This document shows, in pieces, positions 48,326 through 62,663 of a stretch of DNA of 64,000 nucleotides. Below the pieces are notes generated by a model. It was not told the origin of the DNA and ran no database searches. It was given only the letters and a program-made list of their open reading frames with translations. The first letter of the stretch is position 1; every line of letters begins with the position of its first letter. This DNA is from Deltaproteobacteria bacterium (GTDB lineage Bacteria > Myxococcota > Kuafuiibacteriia > Kuafuiibacteriales > Kuafuiibacteriaceae). A program made the position numbers and the translations under genes. The stretch covers positions 500,005 to 564,004 of the forward strand of contig JAVJQW010000057.1 in assembly GCA_040218735.1 (NCBI GenBank), given 5' to 3'.

Positions 48326-51300
48326 CGTTTCCTCAGCAGGCGCTCGGCTTCGTCGCGCAGCTCACCCGCAGGACCGAGACGCACGAACTTCTCCAGCTGC
48401 CGGCGGCCCGCCTTGCGGGTCTTGCGACTCGCGGTCAGCGCGCGCCCCAGATAGAAGTGCGCTTCGATCGGCGCTTCCTCGCTCTCGAGGCTCTTCTTCA
48501 GCAGCTTCACGCCGCGCTTCGTCTTGCGGTCGAGCTCGACGCGCCCGAGGTACGCGAGCACCAGCGGGTTGTAGTTCTCCACGCGCCCGTTCGTCGTGAG
48601 GCCTTCGTCGACCTCCACCGCACGCGTGAACGCCTTCACGCCGTCGTCGCCGCGCCCCATGCGTGCGTAGACCTCGCCCAACGCGATCTGCGCCTGGGCA
48701 TCCTTCGGCTTCAGCGCGACGAGCGCCTCGAGCGGCTTGACCGCCCCTTCGTAGTCTCCGCGTTTGATGCGGAGCTCACCGAGCAGCTGCATCGCCTCGG
48801 GGACGACGGTGTCCTGACCCTCGAGCGCTTCGAGCACTTCGATCGCGTCGATCGTCGCGTCCCGCGCGACGTACGTGCGCGCGAGATCCATGCGACCCGT
48901 GATCGAGTCCGGATCCATCTCGATGCCCTTGTTGAGGTGACGCACCGCCGCGGACTTCGCGCCCTTCTCCAGGTGCGCGCGACCGAGGCCGAACTGCGCC
49001 GCCGCCGTCTGGTGCAGCGACAGCGACTCCTCGTACATCCCGATCGCTTCGTCGTACTTCTTCTCCGCGAGGCGCCGGTCCGCGACGGCGACCGTCGACG
49101 CCGCCTCCAACGCCTTCTGCAGCGCCGCTCCGCGCGTCGACTTCGCGAGGGCGCGGTACGCGTCCTCCGGGAACACACGCGGGTCGTACTCGACCTCCAC
49201 GATCTCGAATCGCTCGAAGACCATCCGCACCGTCGCGTACGGCAGCCGCGCGACGCCCGCGCTGCGCGCCTTGGTCTTGTCGTTCGCCTTCTCGATCTTC
49301 TTCGCCTCCTGCACGAGGTCGAGGCGCCGGTCCAAACGCTCCAGGTACGCCGCACGCGCGAGGCCGATGCGATGATCGACGTTGTTCGGCTCGAGCTCCA
49401 ACGCACGGTTGAACTGCTTGCGCGCGCGATCGAACTCACCGAGCGCGAGCAGCACCCCACCGACCGCCGACTTGAACACCGCGGAGTCCTCGAACGCCGC
49501 TTCGGCGTTGCCGAGCTTCTCGATTCCCTCCTGCAGCTTGCCGTCCGCGAACAGCGGCACCGCGAACGCCAGCGCTGCTCGGCCGGCCTCGTCCTTGGCG
49601 ACCTCCGGGATCTCGTCGCGCACCAATCCGGCGAGCGTCGACACCGCCGTGCTCTCCGACGGATCCGCGCCGGTGATCTGCCCGAGCACGTAGCGGTCGA
49701 TCGCCGCCTCGACGTCGAGCGGATACCGCTCCTGCAACCGATCGAAGTCTGCGAACGCCGCCGCGTGCGCCCCGTCCTCACCGTACCAACGCGCGAGCTC
49801 CAGCAGCGTACGCCGGTGCTGCGGGTGCAGCGACAACGCGCGGTACAGCGCCTCGAGCGCCGCCGTGCGCCGGCCCTCCAGCTTCGCGATGCGACCCTTC
49901 AACATCCACGACTTCGGCGACTGCGGGTACTGCTTCAGGGTGGTGTCGAGCGCGCTGACGAGCGACTGCCGATCCGCCGTGGTCGTCGAGAGCTCGACCA
50001 TCGCCGCGATGAGCTCCACCGAAGGGCGCGGCGACTTCGCGGAGGCGATCGCCTCGTCCGCCTTCTGCCGCATCGTCGGGTTACGGCCGAACCACCGCCA
50101 GCGCGTCGCGTAGATCTCCGCGAGCGCGCCCGACAACAGCGGCGCGAGGTCCGGGTTGGATCGCACCAGCGTGCTCGCGTGATCCTCCGCCGCGAGCAGT
50201 GAAGCGAGCCCGCCCCGCTCGAGATCGGACGCGATGCCCTTGAGCTCCTCCTGCGCGACCTCGGGCCCCGGCCCGGCGCGCGAAACGACGACCGCGTACC
50301 CCGTGAACGCCGCAGCGATCGTCAGCACACTCACGATCGCGACGCGCGTCCAGACGCCGAAACGCTCCGAGGTGCGCACCACCATCTGCCCGGGCGCGCG
50401 CTCCGGAGCTTCGTCCTTGCCCTTCACACGGGCGCGGACCGGCTTCTTCCTCGGGTTGTCGTCCGCCGGCTTGTCCTCCGCCTTCGGCTTGGAGGCCTTC
50501 GGGGTGTCGCTCCGTGGGGGCGCCTCCTTCTTCTCGTCGGCGCGATCCTTCTGACCGAAGAGCGCCCACAGCGCGTCGTCGACCATGCGCGTCGACGCCG
50601 GCCCGACCTGCTTGTGCGCGGGCGTCGCCTTCGGCGCCGAGGCCTCCTTCGGTTTGGGCTCCGGCGCGGGTTTCTTGGCCGACGGCTCCTTCGGCGCCTC
50701 CTTCTTCACCGAGGGCGCCTTCGGCTCGGCCTTCTTCACAGACGGCGCTTTCGGCTCCGGCGCCGGGGGCGCGGGCGTGGCGGCCTTCGGCTCGGGCGGC
50801 GGCGCGGAGGACGGCTCGGGCGCGCGCATCGCGGCCTCGAGATCCATCATCTGCGACGGCGCGCGGATCGGCTCGCGCTTCGAGGACGGGACCTTCGAGG
50901 GGATCAGGTCGTCCGTGGCGGGTGCGTTCGAGGCCGGCGGGTTCGCGGCGACGCGCGCTTCGGCCGCCGCGCGCACGGCGTCGGCGTCCGCCTTCTGCAT
51001 CATCTGCGAGTACTCCGCCGCGCTACCGCCCATCTTGGGTTTGAGCGGGTTCGGCGTGCCGTACGCGGTCGGCTCCTCGCGCGGGTCCGGCGCGTCACCG
51101 TCCTGCACGCGCCGCGGCGGCGGCAGCTCCGTCTTGCGGTCGTGGTACGCGGTCGGCTCGGCGTCGGCATCGAGGCCGGCGCCGTCCGGGAGGTTGGCGA
51201 GCGCTTCGCCGAGCGCCTTCTTGTCGTCCTTGTTCCGCAGCTTCTTGAGCGCGTCGGGATCGAAGACGGTGTGTTCGGACTCGGGCGTCGCGGTCTCGTC

Positions 51301-51813
51301 GATCGACTCGTCGGCCTCGCCCCACGGCGAGTCGTCCGGGACGTTGTCGCCCGAGAAGACCGGCAGCGCCGCTTCGCCCCCGCCGTCTCCCTTCGCGGCG
51401 CGACGCGCCTGCGCGAGGAGCTCCGTGTACTCCGCTTCCTTCGGCGCGAGCTTCACCGCGTGGCTCAAGAACTGAACGGCGCGCTTCGCGAGGCCGCGCT
51501 TGAGGAGGATGCGCCCCATCAGCGCGAGCGCCTTCGGATTCTCCTGGTCGATCAGCAGCGCGCGTTTGATCTGCTCGAGCGCTTCGCGGACGTTGTCCTG
51601 CTCCGCCTCCGCGACGGCGAGCGCGAGCCGCCCCGCGACGGAGTCCGGATGCGAGAGCAGTCCGCGGTTCGCGACGGCGGCGGCTTCGGCGTGTTGGCCG
51701 ACGCGGTTGTGCTCCTCTGCGAGGGTGACGAACGCGAGCGAGCGCGGGTCGTCCTCGAGGAGCTTCTTCAAAGCGTCGATGCGCTCGTAGCTTCTATCGT
51801 TGGTCTCGGACAT
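48322..51813 (-). CDS. Large TPR protein with Pro/Lys-rich linker and one TM
   Basis: N-terminal DPRSLAFVTLAEE TPRs, central low-complexity region, TM, C-terminal TPRs. Confidence 0.85.
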   Translation of the reverse strand: MSETNDRSYERIDALKKLLEDDPRSLAFVTLAEEHNRVGQHAEAAAVANRGLLSHPDSVAGRLALAVAEAEQDNVREALEQIKRALLIDQENPKALALMGRILLKRGLAKRAVQFLSHAVKLAPKEAEYTELLAQARRAAKGDGGGEAALPVFSGDNVPDDSPWGEADESIDETATPESEHTVFDPDALKKLRNKDDKKALGEALANLPDGAGLDADAEPTAYHDRKTELPPPRRVQDGDAPDPREEPTAYGTPNPLKPKMGGSAAEYSQMMQKADADAVRAAAEARVAANPPASNAPATDDLIPSKVPSSKREPIRAPSQMMDLEAAMRAPEPSSAPPPEPKAATPAPPAPEPKAPSVKKAEPKAPSVKKEAPKEPSAKKPAPEPKPKEASAPKATPAHKQVGPASTRMVDDALWALFGQKDRADEKKEAPPRSDTPKASKPKAEDKPADDNPRKKPVRARVKGKDEAPERAPGQMVVRTSERFGVWTRVAIVSVLTIAAAFTGYAVVVSRAGPGPEVAQEELKGIASDLERGGLASLLAAEDHASTLVRSNPDLAPLLSGALAEIYATRWRWFGRNPTMRQKADEAIASAKSPRPSVELIAAMVELSTTTADRQSLVSALDTTLKQYPQSPKSWMLKGRIAKLEGRRTAALEALYRALSLHPQHRRTLLELARWYGEDGAHAAAFADFDRLQERYPLDVEAAIDRYVLGQITGADPSESTAVSTLAGLVRDEIPEVAKDEAGRAALAFAVPLFADGKLQEGIEKLGNAEAAFEDSAVFKSAVGGVLLALGEFDRARKQFNRALELEPNNVDHRIGLARAAYLERLDRRLDLVQEAKKIEKANDKTKARSAGVARLPYATVRMVFERFEIVEVEYDPRVFPEDAYRALAKSTRGAALQKALEAASTVAVADRRLAEKKYDEAIGMYEESLSLHQTAAAQFGLGRAHLEKGAKSAAVRHLNKGIEMDPDSITGRMDLARTYVARDATIDAIEVLEALEGQDTVVPEAMQLLGELRIKRGDYEGAVKPLEALVALKPKDAQAQIALGEVYARMGRGDDGVKAFTRAVEVDEGLTTNGRVENYNPLVLAYLGRVELDRKTKRGVKLLKKSLESEEAPIEAHFYLGRALTASRKTRKAGRRQLEKFVRLGPAGELRDEAERLLRKR

Positions 51814-51952
51814 CGACGCGGATCAGCGCACATCGGACCCACGTCGCCGGGGCCCGACCCCGGCGTAATGTATCGGCGGGTCAACTTCCTGAAAAGACCG
51901 GCGAACGGCGCGTTGCGCGGGCCGCAAACGTCGAAGATAATTCGGGTCTCTC

Positions 51953-54205
<2,253 letters not shown>

Positions 54206-54231
54206 GCGAGTCGCCGGAGGGGAGGAAGCGG

Positions 54232-54259
54232 GGCGGCCCGTCGAGGACGACGGACCGCC
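54232..54259. terminator. Hairpin between convergent genes
   Basis: GGCGG-C-CCGTCG-AGGA-CGACGG-A-CCGCC. Confidence 0.4.
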
Positions 54260-54275
54260 GAGCAGATCATCGCGA

Positions 54276-55928
54276 CTAGGGCAGCGTGAGCATCTGGCTC
54301 GTGCCGTCGTCCGCGGTCACGGTGATCGTCTCACCCGTGGTGCCGCCGACGCCGAGCCCGAACGAACCGTCGCTCGCCGCCTGCGTCATCAGCGTCGTCG
54401 TCGTGGACGTCTGGCTGACCGTGACGTTCGCAAACGAAGCCACCGAGCCCGCCTCGCCCGCGAGCAGGTACCCGCCGAGCGTGACGCCCGTGATGTTCGA
54501 CGCGAAGTCGGCCGGCTGCATGCCGCCGAGCGAGTCGAACGTGTTCACGTCGCCCGCGACCGCGGCGATCGCCGCCTGGTCCTGCGGATCCGGGAGCGCC
54601 GCGAAGAAGTGGACGATCGTGACCTGGCCGCCGGCCGGGACCGTGACGTCGTAGGTGACCTCGAGCTGGTCGGTGGCGCTCGTGTTGCTCACGAACGACG
54701 TGGCGTTGCCGAACCAGAAGAACGTCGTCGGGTCCGTGCCGGTGAGGTTCGCGTCGTTGTACGCAATCCAGGTGTCCGAGGCGTCCGCCGTGGCGTCGCC
54801 CGAGCTCGTCGCGACGACCTGCGAGCTGCCGTCGGCGCCGAGGTTGCTGCGAAGGGTGACCGACGCGCTGATGGCCGCGCCGCTCGGGTTCGAGAGGACC
54901 TCGGTGTAGCGCAGCAGGTCGGTGACCGGCGACACCCAGACGAGACGCGTGACGTCGAGACCCGACAGCGACACCGGGCCGAGGCGCAGCTCCGAGTTGT
55001 CTTCGACGACACCGCCGGTGCCGAACGGGAAGAGCGAGCCGTCCACGCGAAGCTGATTGCAGTCGTCACACGCGTCACCCTGGTTGCTCGAGGAGCGCCC
55101 GTCGTCGAGCTCGCCGTCGGACTGGATGTCGTAGATGGCACCGAGGCCAGAGGTCAGGTTGTAATCGAACGTGGGGGCGCCGTCCGTGACGACGTCAGAG
55201 GGCGTCGGGAGCGCGGCGACCGCGATACCGATCGTGCCGCCCGAGGCGTCCGCGATCAGCCCACCGATCGACGCGATGAGGTCCTGCAGCACGGCGTCCT
55301 CGTCCGCGAGGTCGGTGCCCAGCGTGGCGAGCTCCGCAGCGCCCTGCGTGTAGAGCGAGGCCACCTCGGTGGTCGAGAAGTCGTTGAGCGTGCGGCCCAT
55401 CGGCGTCTCGGTGATCAGGACGATCGCCTGGATGAGGCCCGTCGACACCGGGTCGACGCGAATGCCCGTCGAGGACGTCACGGTCCCGATGAGACGCGTG
55501 CCCGCGATCTCCGCGAACACCGCGAGGCGCGTGCTCGCGATGACGCCGTCGTCGACCGAGATCGAGAAGTCGCCGTTGGCGTCGGTGAACGTGCCGCCGA
55601 ACTGTCCGATCGGGCTGCCCGTGTCGTCGATCGCGACGACGAACACCGCTTCACCTTCCCCGGCGGGGCCGGCGGCGGTGGCGAGTGAACCCGCGATCTC
55701 GGCGACCGGCGCGTTCATGCCGTCCTGGCCGTCCATGCCGTTCATGCCGTCTTGGCCGTCCATGCCGTTCTGGCCGTTCATGCCGGCGGGGCCGGTCGCG
55801 CCGGCGGGGCCCGCGGGTCCGGTGGGGCCTTCGGGTCCGGTCGGGCCCTGTGCGCCGTCTTCACCGCCGCAGGCGATTGCGCCAAATGCCAGTGTCGCTG
55901 CGCAGACCCATGTCAGTCGCTTCATCAT
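54276..55928 (-). CDS. Surface lipoprotein with collagen-like Gly-X-Y repeats
   Basis: Lipobox AIAC followed by GAQGPTGPEGPTGPAG...GMDGQDGMN; beta-rich C-terminus. Confidence 0.85.
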   Translation of the reverse strand: MMKRLTWVCAATLAFGAIACGGEDGAQGPTGPEGPTGPAGPAGATGPAGMNGQNGMDGQDGMNGMDGQDGMNAPVAEIAGSLATAAGPAGEGEAVFVVAIDDTGSPIGQFGGTFTDANGDFSISVDDGVIASTRLAVFAEIAGTRLIGTVTSSTGIRVDPVSTGLIQAIVLITETPMGRTLNDFSTTEVASLYTQGAAELATLGTDLADEDAVLQDLIASIGGLIADASGGTIGIAVAALPTPSDVVTDGAPTFDYNLTSGLGAIYDIQSDGELDDGRSSSNQGDACDDCNQLRVDGSLFPFGTGGVVEDNSELRLGPVSLSGLDVTRLVWVSPVTDLLRYTEVLSNPSGAAISASVTLRSNLGADGSSQVVATSSGDATADASDTWIAYNDANLTGTDPTTFFWFGNATSFVSNTSATDQLEVTYDVTVPAGGQVTIVHFFAALPDPQDQAAIAAVAGDVNTFDSLGGMQPADFASNITGVTLGGYLLAGEAGSVASFANVTVSQTSTTTTLMTQAASDGSFGLGVGGTTGETITVTADDGTSQMLTLP

Positions 55929-56065
55929 CAAAGTCAGTCTCCGTTTCAAGAAATAGGTTTGGAACGCAAGCGCAGACTGTATGCAGACAAAACGGACGAA
56001 AGTGCAACGAGGGACCGCAATTCGGGGTGCGAACCTTGGGCCCCTACGCCCGGTTGGCCGCGCGG

Positions 56066-56494
56066 TCAGCCGAGCCAGCCTCGGGTCCGAGCCCGCGCTG
56101 CGAGCCCAAGGAGGCCGATCGAAACCCCACACGTGATCGCCGGCAGCACCGCAGCGCTCACGCCGAACACCGAGAAGCCGTCCGCGATCAAGAAGTTGTG
56201 CCCCACCTGCACGGCGAGGCCCGCGAGGCTGAGCGCGAACAGGGCCTGGGCGATCGACCGCCGCACCAGGAGCGCGACGCACCCGGCGGTCCCGCCGAAC
56301 ACCGCGACGCCGAACGCGAGCGTCACCCACCCCGGCATGTTCGCGTAGAAATCGCGCTGGGGGGCCGGCAGCTCGCTCGTGTCCATCGCGAGCTGGGCGG
56401 CGAAGGCGAGGACGCCGAGGGCGTTCCAGATCAGGGCGAGGATGGCGACGACGCGCAGCCATCGCGGAGGGGCGGATTGGGAGGTGGTGTTCAT
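56066..56494 (-). CDS. Small 4-TM membrane protein
   Basis: PPRWLRVVAILALIWNALG...MPGWVTLAFGVAVFGG. Confidence 0.8.
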   Translation of the reverse strand: MNTTSQSAPPRWLRVVAILALIWNALGVLAFAAQLAMDTSELPAPQRDFYANMPGWVTLAFGVAVFGGTAGCVALLVRRSIAQALFALSLAGLAVQVGHNFLIADGFSVFGVSAAVLPAITCGVSIGLLGLAARARTRGWLG

Positions 56495-56562
56495 CGCGAT
56501 GCGCGCTCGAGGAGCGTGCGCGAACCGTAACGGCCGCCCGTCGGCGCCGGATAGAAGATTTC

Positions 56563-57408
56563 TTACCGCTGGGGATCGGGGGACGTCGAGTCGAGCGGGA
56601 AGAAGTTCGGCTCGCCTTCGTCGAAGCCGCGCTCGATGAAGCCGGTGGGGTTGAAGCCGGAGAACTTCTTGAACTCGCGAATGAAGTGCGACTGATCCGC
56701 GTACCCGCACCGGTATGCGATGTCCGCCCAGCTCATCGTTCGTCGCTCCTTCATCTGCGCGAGCACGTCGTTGAACCTCAGCACGCGCTGGAAGCTCTTC
56801 GGCGTGAGGCCGACGTACCTCTTGAACTGATCGATCAGGTGCTTCTGTGAAGCGTCGTACGTCGCGAGCACGTCCTGAAGTTTGGACGCCGGTGCATCGC
56901 GCAATCGATCGACGACTTCGACGAACGCCGCCGACGGGCGGAGCGAAGCGTCGTACCTCGCGTCGAGCCATCGGTCCGCGACGGCGAATCGCGCCGCGGC
57001 GTCCTCGGCGGCGACGAGCGCATCGCGCAACACATCGAGCTGCAGGTCTTCGAGCGCTTCACTCGGCACGACCCGATCCGCGAACGCGGACATCGGCCGG
57101 TGCAGGAACGGATACGCGCCGTACGCCTTGAACTGCACGACGAACATCGCCGAGTCCGCGTGCGCGGAGATCGAGAGGTAGGCGTGGTGCGCGCCGGAGA
57201 GCCACGCGCCCCGGAACGTCGCGTTCGGCTCGAGGGTGTCGTTGTCGAACGTGTGCCGCTCGAAACCGTCCAACTCGATGATCAGGAACACGTCTGTCGT
57301 GGGCACGACGCGCTCGATCGAGTGGTCGGGCACGAAGCCCGAGAACGTGAAGACGGCTTCGACGAGGTCGGCGCCGGGCCCCGACGGTGCGTGGGTTTCG
57401 AAGTTCAC
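56563..57408 (-). CDS. AraC family transcriptional regulator
   Basis: FKRYVGLTPK...RF, WADIAYRCGYADQSHFIREFKKFSG. Confidence 0.92.
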   Translation of the reverse strand: MNFETHAPSGPGADLVEAVFTFSGFVPDHSIERVVPTTDVFLIIELDGFERHTFDNDTLEPNATFRGAWLSGAHHAYLSISAHADSAMFVVQFKAYGAYPFLHRPMSAFADRVVPSEALEDLQLDVLRDALVAAEDAAARFAVADRWLDARYDASLRPSAAFVEVVDRLRDAPASKLQDVLATYDASQKHLIDQFKRYVGLTPKSFQRVLRFNDVLAQMKERRTMSWADIAYRCGYADQSHFIREFKKFSGFNPTGFIERGFDEGEPNFFPLDSTSPDPQR

Positions 57409-57474
57409 GGTCGCATCCGGAGGATGCGTTGCGAAGGCCCCTCCCGTCGAAGATAATTCCACTGGCCCTGGACC

Positions 57475-57834
57475 ATGAGTCACCGCCGCTACGAAACCGC
57501 CGAGCTGGTCGTCGACGTCCGAGGCCTGGGGAGCGCCCACGGCGTTCGGCTGAACGTCGAGCACGCGAGCGGTGCGGCGCTGATGATTCCGCGGGCGACG
57601 GAAGAAGTGATCGACGGGGGCGTCCGTGTCCGCACGTCGGGCTTCGACGGGACGCACTACACGGTCGACGTGTTCGAACAGTCCGTCACGATCGACGCCA
57701 CGGCAGCGAGCCCGATCCTGGGCGGGGCACAACACATCGAAGCGCCACGCGTCGAGGTCCCAGCGGCGGATCCGGGTGCACTGCGTGTGACGGGTGACGA
57801 AGAGACGATGCCGATTCCGATGGCCAAGGAGTGA
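57475..57834 (+). CDS. Hypothetical protein
   Basis: 119-aa ORF with coding bias filling the gap before hemL. Confidence 0.55.
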   Translation: MSHRRYETAELVVDVRGLGSAHGVRLNVEHASGAALMIPRATEEVIDGGVRVRTSGFDGTHYTVDVFEQSVTIDATAASPILGGAQHIEAPRVEVPAADPGALRVTGDEETMPIPMAKE

Positions 57835-57872
57835 TTGAGGTCGCGGTCGTTTTCTCGTAGCGTCCCCGCCCC

Positions 57873-59159
<1,287 letters not shown>

Positions 59160-59229
59160 GAGGGCTCCCGGACCTACGTCGTCCGGCCTACCGATTTGCC
59201 CTCCGGGGCCATGCACACTAGCAAGGAGT

Positions 59230-60969
59230 ATGGGACTCGGGTTCCGCGCGTCGGTCGTCATGGCCGGCCTCCTCGCGCTGGTGGGCTGTAGTAGCGGCCC
59301 CGACGGATCGTGCACGACCAACGCCGACTGCGCCGGAGGGGAGATCTGCATCAGCTTCACCTGTCGCGGTGCGGGCACGGCGACGACCTGCGAAAACGAC
59401 GACGACTGTGAAATCGGGTCCTTCTGCGACCCGGCCACCAGCACGTGCCAGTCGAGCGCGCCGGGCGACGGCGGCACCGAGGTGCGCGACGCCGGGACGA
59501 ACACCTCGACCACCGGGCGCGACGGCGGCGTCGGCTACGACGGCGGCCCGACGGGGCAGTGCCAGACCGATCAAGAGTGCGGGACACCTCCGGTCGACAT
59601 CTGCGTCGCGAACCAGTGTGTGAAGGGCTGCGGGCAGCCGAACGGCATCACGTGTACGGGCGGCACCGTCTGCGACATGCCGACGGGCCACTGCGTGCAG
59701 CCGAACATGCAGTGCAACGTCGACACGGACTGCAACCCCGGCCCGCCGACGCAGGTCTGCATCAACAACGCGTGTGTCTTCGGGTGCGCGGTGGATCCCA
59801 ACCTGTGCGCGATGAACGAGATCTGCGACAGCGGCACGGGCCGCTGCGTGACGGCGCCGATGCCGTGCATGACGGACGTGGATTGCAGCCCGCCGATGAC
59901 GGTGTGTGAAGCGCCGCAGTGTGTGCCGGGGTGCGGTCAGCCGGGCGGGATCCAGTGCGCGGCCCCCACGCCGATGTGTGATTCGGCGACGGGTCGATGC
60001 ACCGCGGGCCCGACGTGCAACCTCGACGCGGACTGCATGGGCGCGAACGAGATCTGCGTGAGCAACACCTGCGTGATTCGCTGCGACGCCACCGGCGGTA
60101 TTCAGTGTACGGCGCCGCAGATCTGCAACCCCGCGACGGGGCGCTGCGTGATGGGCAACCTGCCGCTCGGCGATCCGTGCGCGGACGACTCGCAGTGCCA
60201 GTCGGGCTTCTGCTTCAGCGTGACGATCAGCGGGACGAGCCACGACATCTGCTCCGAGCCGTGCGGGCGCGGCAGCGACTGCCCGCTCAACTTCACGTGT
60301 GCGTTCGTGAGCGGGATGAACTTCTGCCTCGGCGAGAACCTGATCACGCCGCAGCCCACGTGGGACACACCGGCGGGCGGGAGCTGCTCGACGAACTCGA
60401 ACACCTGCCAGACGGGCTGGTGCAACACGGGGACGAACCAGTGCATCGAGACGTGTCAGCGTGATCAGCACTGCGCGTCGTTCGGCGGGCAGTGCTGGAC
60501 CTACGAACAGACGGCGACGGGCGGCAACACGTTCGACCACCTGTGTGTCCCCGGCCAGGGCGGTCCGAACATCGACGGCGCGGCGTGTACTACCAACGCC
60601 AACTGCCAGAGTGGGATCTGCAACCGTTACAACAACACGTGCGGCGGACACTGCTGCTCGGACGCCGACTGCCCGACGCTCCAGAACTGCATCGTCTACG
60701 ACCTCGACGCGACGACGATCGTGAAGGTCTGCGGCCCGCGCTCGGGCACCGCCGGTACCGGCGCCCTCGGCGCGACGTGCACGCAGGCGAGCGACTGCGA
60801 GAGCGAGGTCTGTCTGCCGTCGAATCCGGCGGACATGAACAGCCCGCGTCGCTGCTCGACGACGTGTTGCACGAACGCGGACTGCAACGCGCTGCCCGCG
60901 GGCGGCGTGTGTCGGCCGTTCAACAGCCCGGTGATGAACACCATCGTCGGCGGCTGCCAACCGAACTGA
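59230..60969 (+). CDS. Very Cys-rich lipoprotein (CxxDxDC repeats)
   Basis: AAGGAG RBS; lipobox LVGC; many Cys repeats. Confidence 0.85.
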   Translation: MGLGFRASVVMAGLLALVGCSSGPDGSCTTNADCAGGEICISFTCRGAGTATTCENDDDCEIGSFCDPATSTCQSSAPGDGGTEVRDAGTNTSTTGRDGGVGYDGGPTGQCQTDQECGTPPVDICVANQCVKGCGQPNGITCTGGTVCDMPTGHCVQPNMQCNVDTDCNPGPPTQVCINNACVFGCAVDPNLCAMNEICDSGTGRCVTAPMPCMTDVDCSPPMTVCEAPQCVPGCGQPGGIQCAAPTPMCDSATGRCTAGPTCNLDADCMGANEICVSNTCVIRCDATGGIQCTAPQICNPATGRCVMGNLPLGDPCADDSQCQSGFCFSVTISGTSHDICSEPCGRGSDCPLNFTCAFVSGMNFCLGENLITPQPTWDTPAGGSCSTNSNTCQTGWCNTGTNQCIETCQRDQHCASFGGQCWTYEQTATGGNTFDHLCVPGQGGPNIDGAACTTNANCQSGICNRYNNTCGGHCCSDADCPTLQNCIVYDLDATTIVKVCGPRSGTAGTGALGATCTQASDCESEVCLPSNPADMNSPRRCSTTCCTNADCNALPAGGVCRPFNSPVMNTIVGGCQPN

Positions 60970-62660
60970 TGAAGAAACATTTGGGATGGGCGTTGCTGCT
61001 CGCGGTCGCGGGCTGCGGCGCGGACGAGTGTACGACCGGCGAGGCGGAGTGCAGCGCCGACGCGCTGTCGCTTCGGACCTGCGTCGACGGTGCGTGGCAG
61101 GACGTCGGCTGCATGGCGGACGGCGGACAGCTCTGCCAGGCGGGGGCGTGCGTTGATCCGTGGCGGTACGATTCACCGACGTGGTCGACGTGCCCGGATT
61201 CGACGCGCGCCACGACGGAGTCGCTGTCGGCGAAGGCGGCGTACTACGACGCGATCACGGCGCGGCTGCACATCCACCCGACGTTGAAGTGGGCGATGGG
61301 CGTGGACCTCGCCGCCGGAGCCTCGGAGGCGACGGCGACGTACGAGGACGTCGAGCGGTGGCTCTCCGGTGAAAACGACGGGCTGTGGAGCGCGTTGATG
61401 TTGGCGGCGCAGGCGTTTCGTTACGCGGTGACCGGCGAGGCGGCGGCGCTGGAGTTGGTGCGTACGCTGGTCGACGGCGAGGTGACGCGCATGGAGGTCA
61501 CCGGCGTACCCGGGATGTTCACGCGTCAGTTCATCCCGCCGGGCGTCGACGGGATCACGTGTCCGGCGGACGACGAGGCGTACACGGTCGACGAGGAGAA
61601 GGACGACAACCGTTGGGTGCGCGTCGGATCGGAGGGCTGCGCGTGGGTCGTGGACCGCGAGAACATGATGTGGACGAAGACGGACCACTGCGGGCTCGAC
61701 GCGTTCGTCGACTGGTGCTGGCTCGACAACGTTTCGAAGGACGAATACTCCGGCCACATGTTCGCGCTCGCGATCGTGCGCGAGCTGGTCGACGACGCCG
61801 ACGTGCAGGCGAAGGTGACGTCGATGTTGGAGCAGATCGGCGCGCTGCTCGTCGCGAACGGGCTGGCGGTGCGTGACTGGGACGGTCGCATCACGGAGCA
61901 CGGGCGGTTCCACCCGCTGGCGTTCGACAACTTCCCCGGGTTCAACGCGGCGATGTCGCTGTCGTATCTGCAATCTGTCTTGCACGCGACGAACGACGCC
62001 GAGCTGCGGGCGCTCTACGACCGCTGCCTGCTGATGACGGACGGGCCCGACGACTGCTTCGAGACGGGGTTCATCGAGATCCTCCCGTTCATGGACTACC
62101 TGAACGAGCCGGGGCTCTACATCGGCCGCGAGGCGTGCTCGACGAACTACAACAACGTGTCGATGCACATGCTCTCGATGCGCACGTTGGTGCACGAAGC
62201 GCACGACCCGGAGCTGCGCTCGCTCTACCAGAAGTCCCTCGACGAGGACGTCTTCCGCGCGACCGACGAGCCGCGGAAAATCCAGGTCCAGCACAACGCG
62301 TTCTTCGACTTCATCTTCGCGGCGCACAAGGCGCTCGGTCCCGGCACGGACGGCCCCGCCTACGACGCAGTGGAAGACGGCGTGTGCATGCTGCGTCAGT
62401 TCCCGGCGAGCAAGGCGGTGGTCGCCGTCGAGCCCGACCCCGCGCTGCTCGCGCCCTACTGCAAGGACCGCTTCGACCGCGACACCGGCGGCGTCGCCAA
62501 GGAGGTCGCCGACCGCTGCATCCGCAACTTCGTGTGGTGGGGCGATCCTTACGACCTCCGCGAGTGCAGCGCCGTGGACAACCGCGTCGAAGTGCCGACG
62601 GACTACCTGCTCGCGTACTGGATGGGCCGGTACTACGGGTTCATCGACGCCGAGATGTGA
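60969..62660 (+). CDS. Lipoprotein with probable alpha/alpha-toroid enzyme-like domain
   Basis: TGATG coupling; lipobox VAGC; ENDGLWS, RYAVTG, SKDEYSG, YLLAYWMGRY. Confidence 0.8.
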   Translation: MKKHLGWALLLAVAGCGADECTTGEAECSADALSLRTCVDGAWQDVGCMADGGQLCQAGACVDPWRYDSPTWSTCPDSTRATTESLSAKAAYYDAITARLHIHPTLKWAMGVDLAAGASEATATYEDVERWLSGENDGLWSALMLAAQAFRYAVTGEAAALELVRTLVDGEVTRMEVTGVPGMFTRQFIPPGVDGITCPADDEAYTVDEEKDDNRWVRVGSEGCAWVVDRENMMWTKTDHCGLDAFVDWCWLDNVSKDEYSGHMFALAIVRELVDDADVQAKVTSMLEQIGALLVANGLAVRDWDGRITEHGRFHPLAFDNFPGFNAAMSLSYLQSVLHATNDAELRALYDRCLLMTDGPDDCFETGFIEILPFMDYLNEPGLYIGREACSTNYNNVSMHMLSMRTLVHEAHDPELRSLYQKSLDEDVFRATDEPRKIQVQHNAFFDFIFAAHKALGPGTDGPAYDAVEDGVCMLRQFPASKAVVAVEPDPALLAPYCKDRFDRDTGGVAKEVADRCIRNFVWWGDPYDLRECSAVDNRVEVPTDYLLAYWMGRYYGFIDAEM

Positions 62661-62663
62661 GCC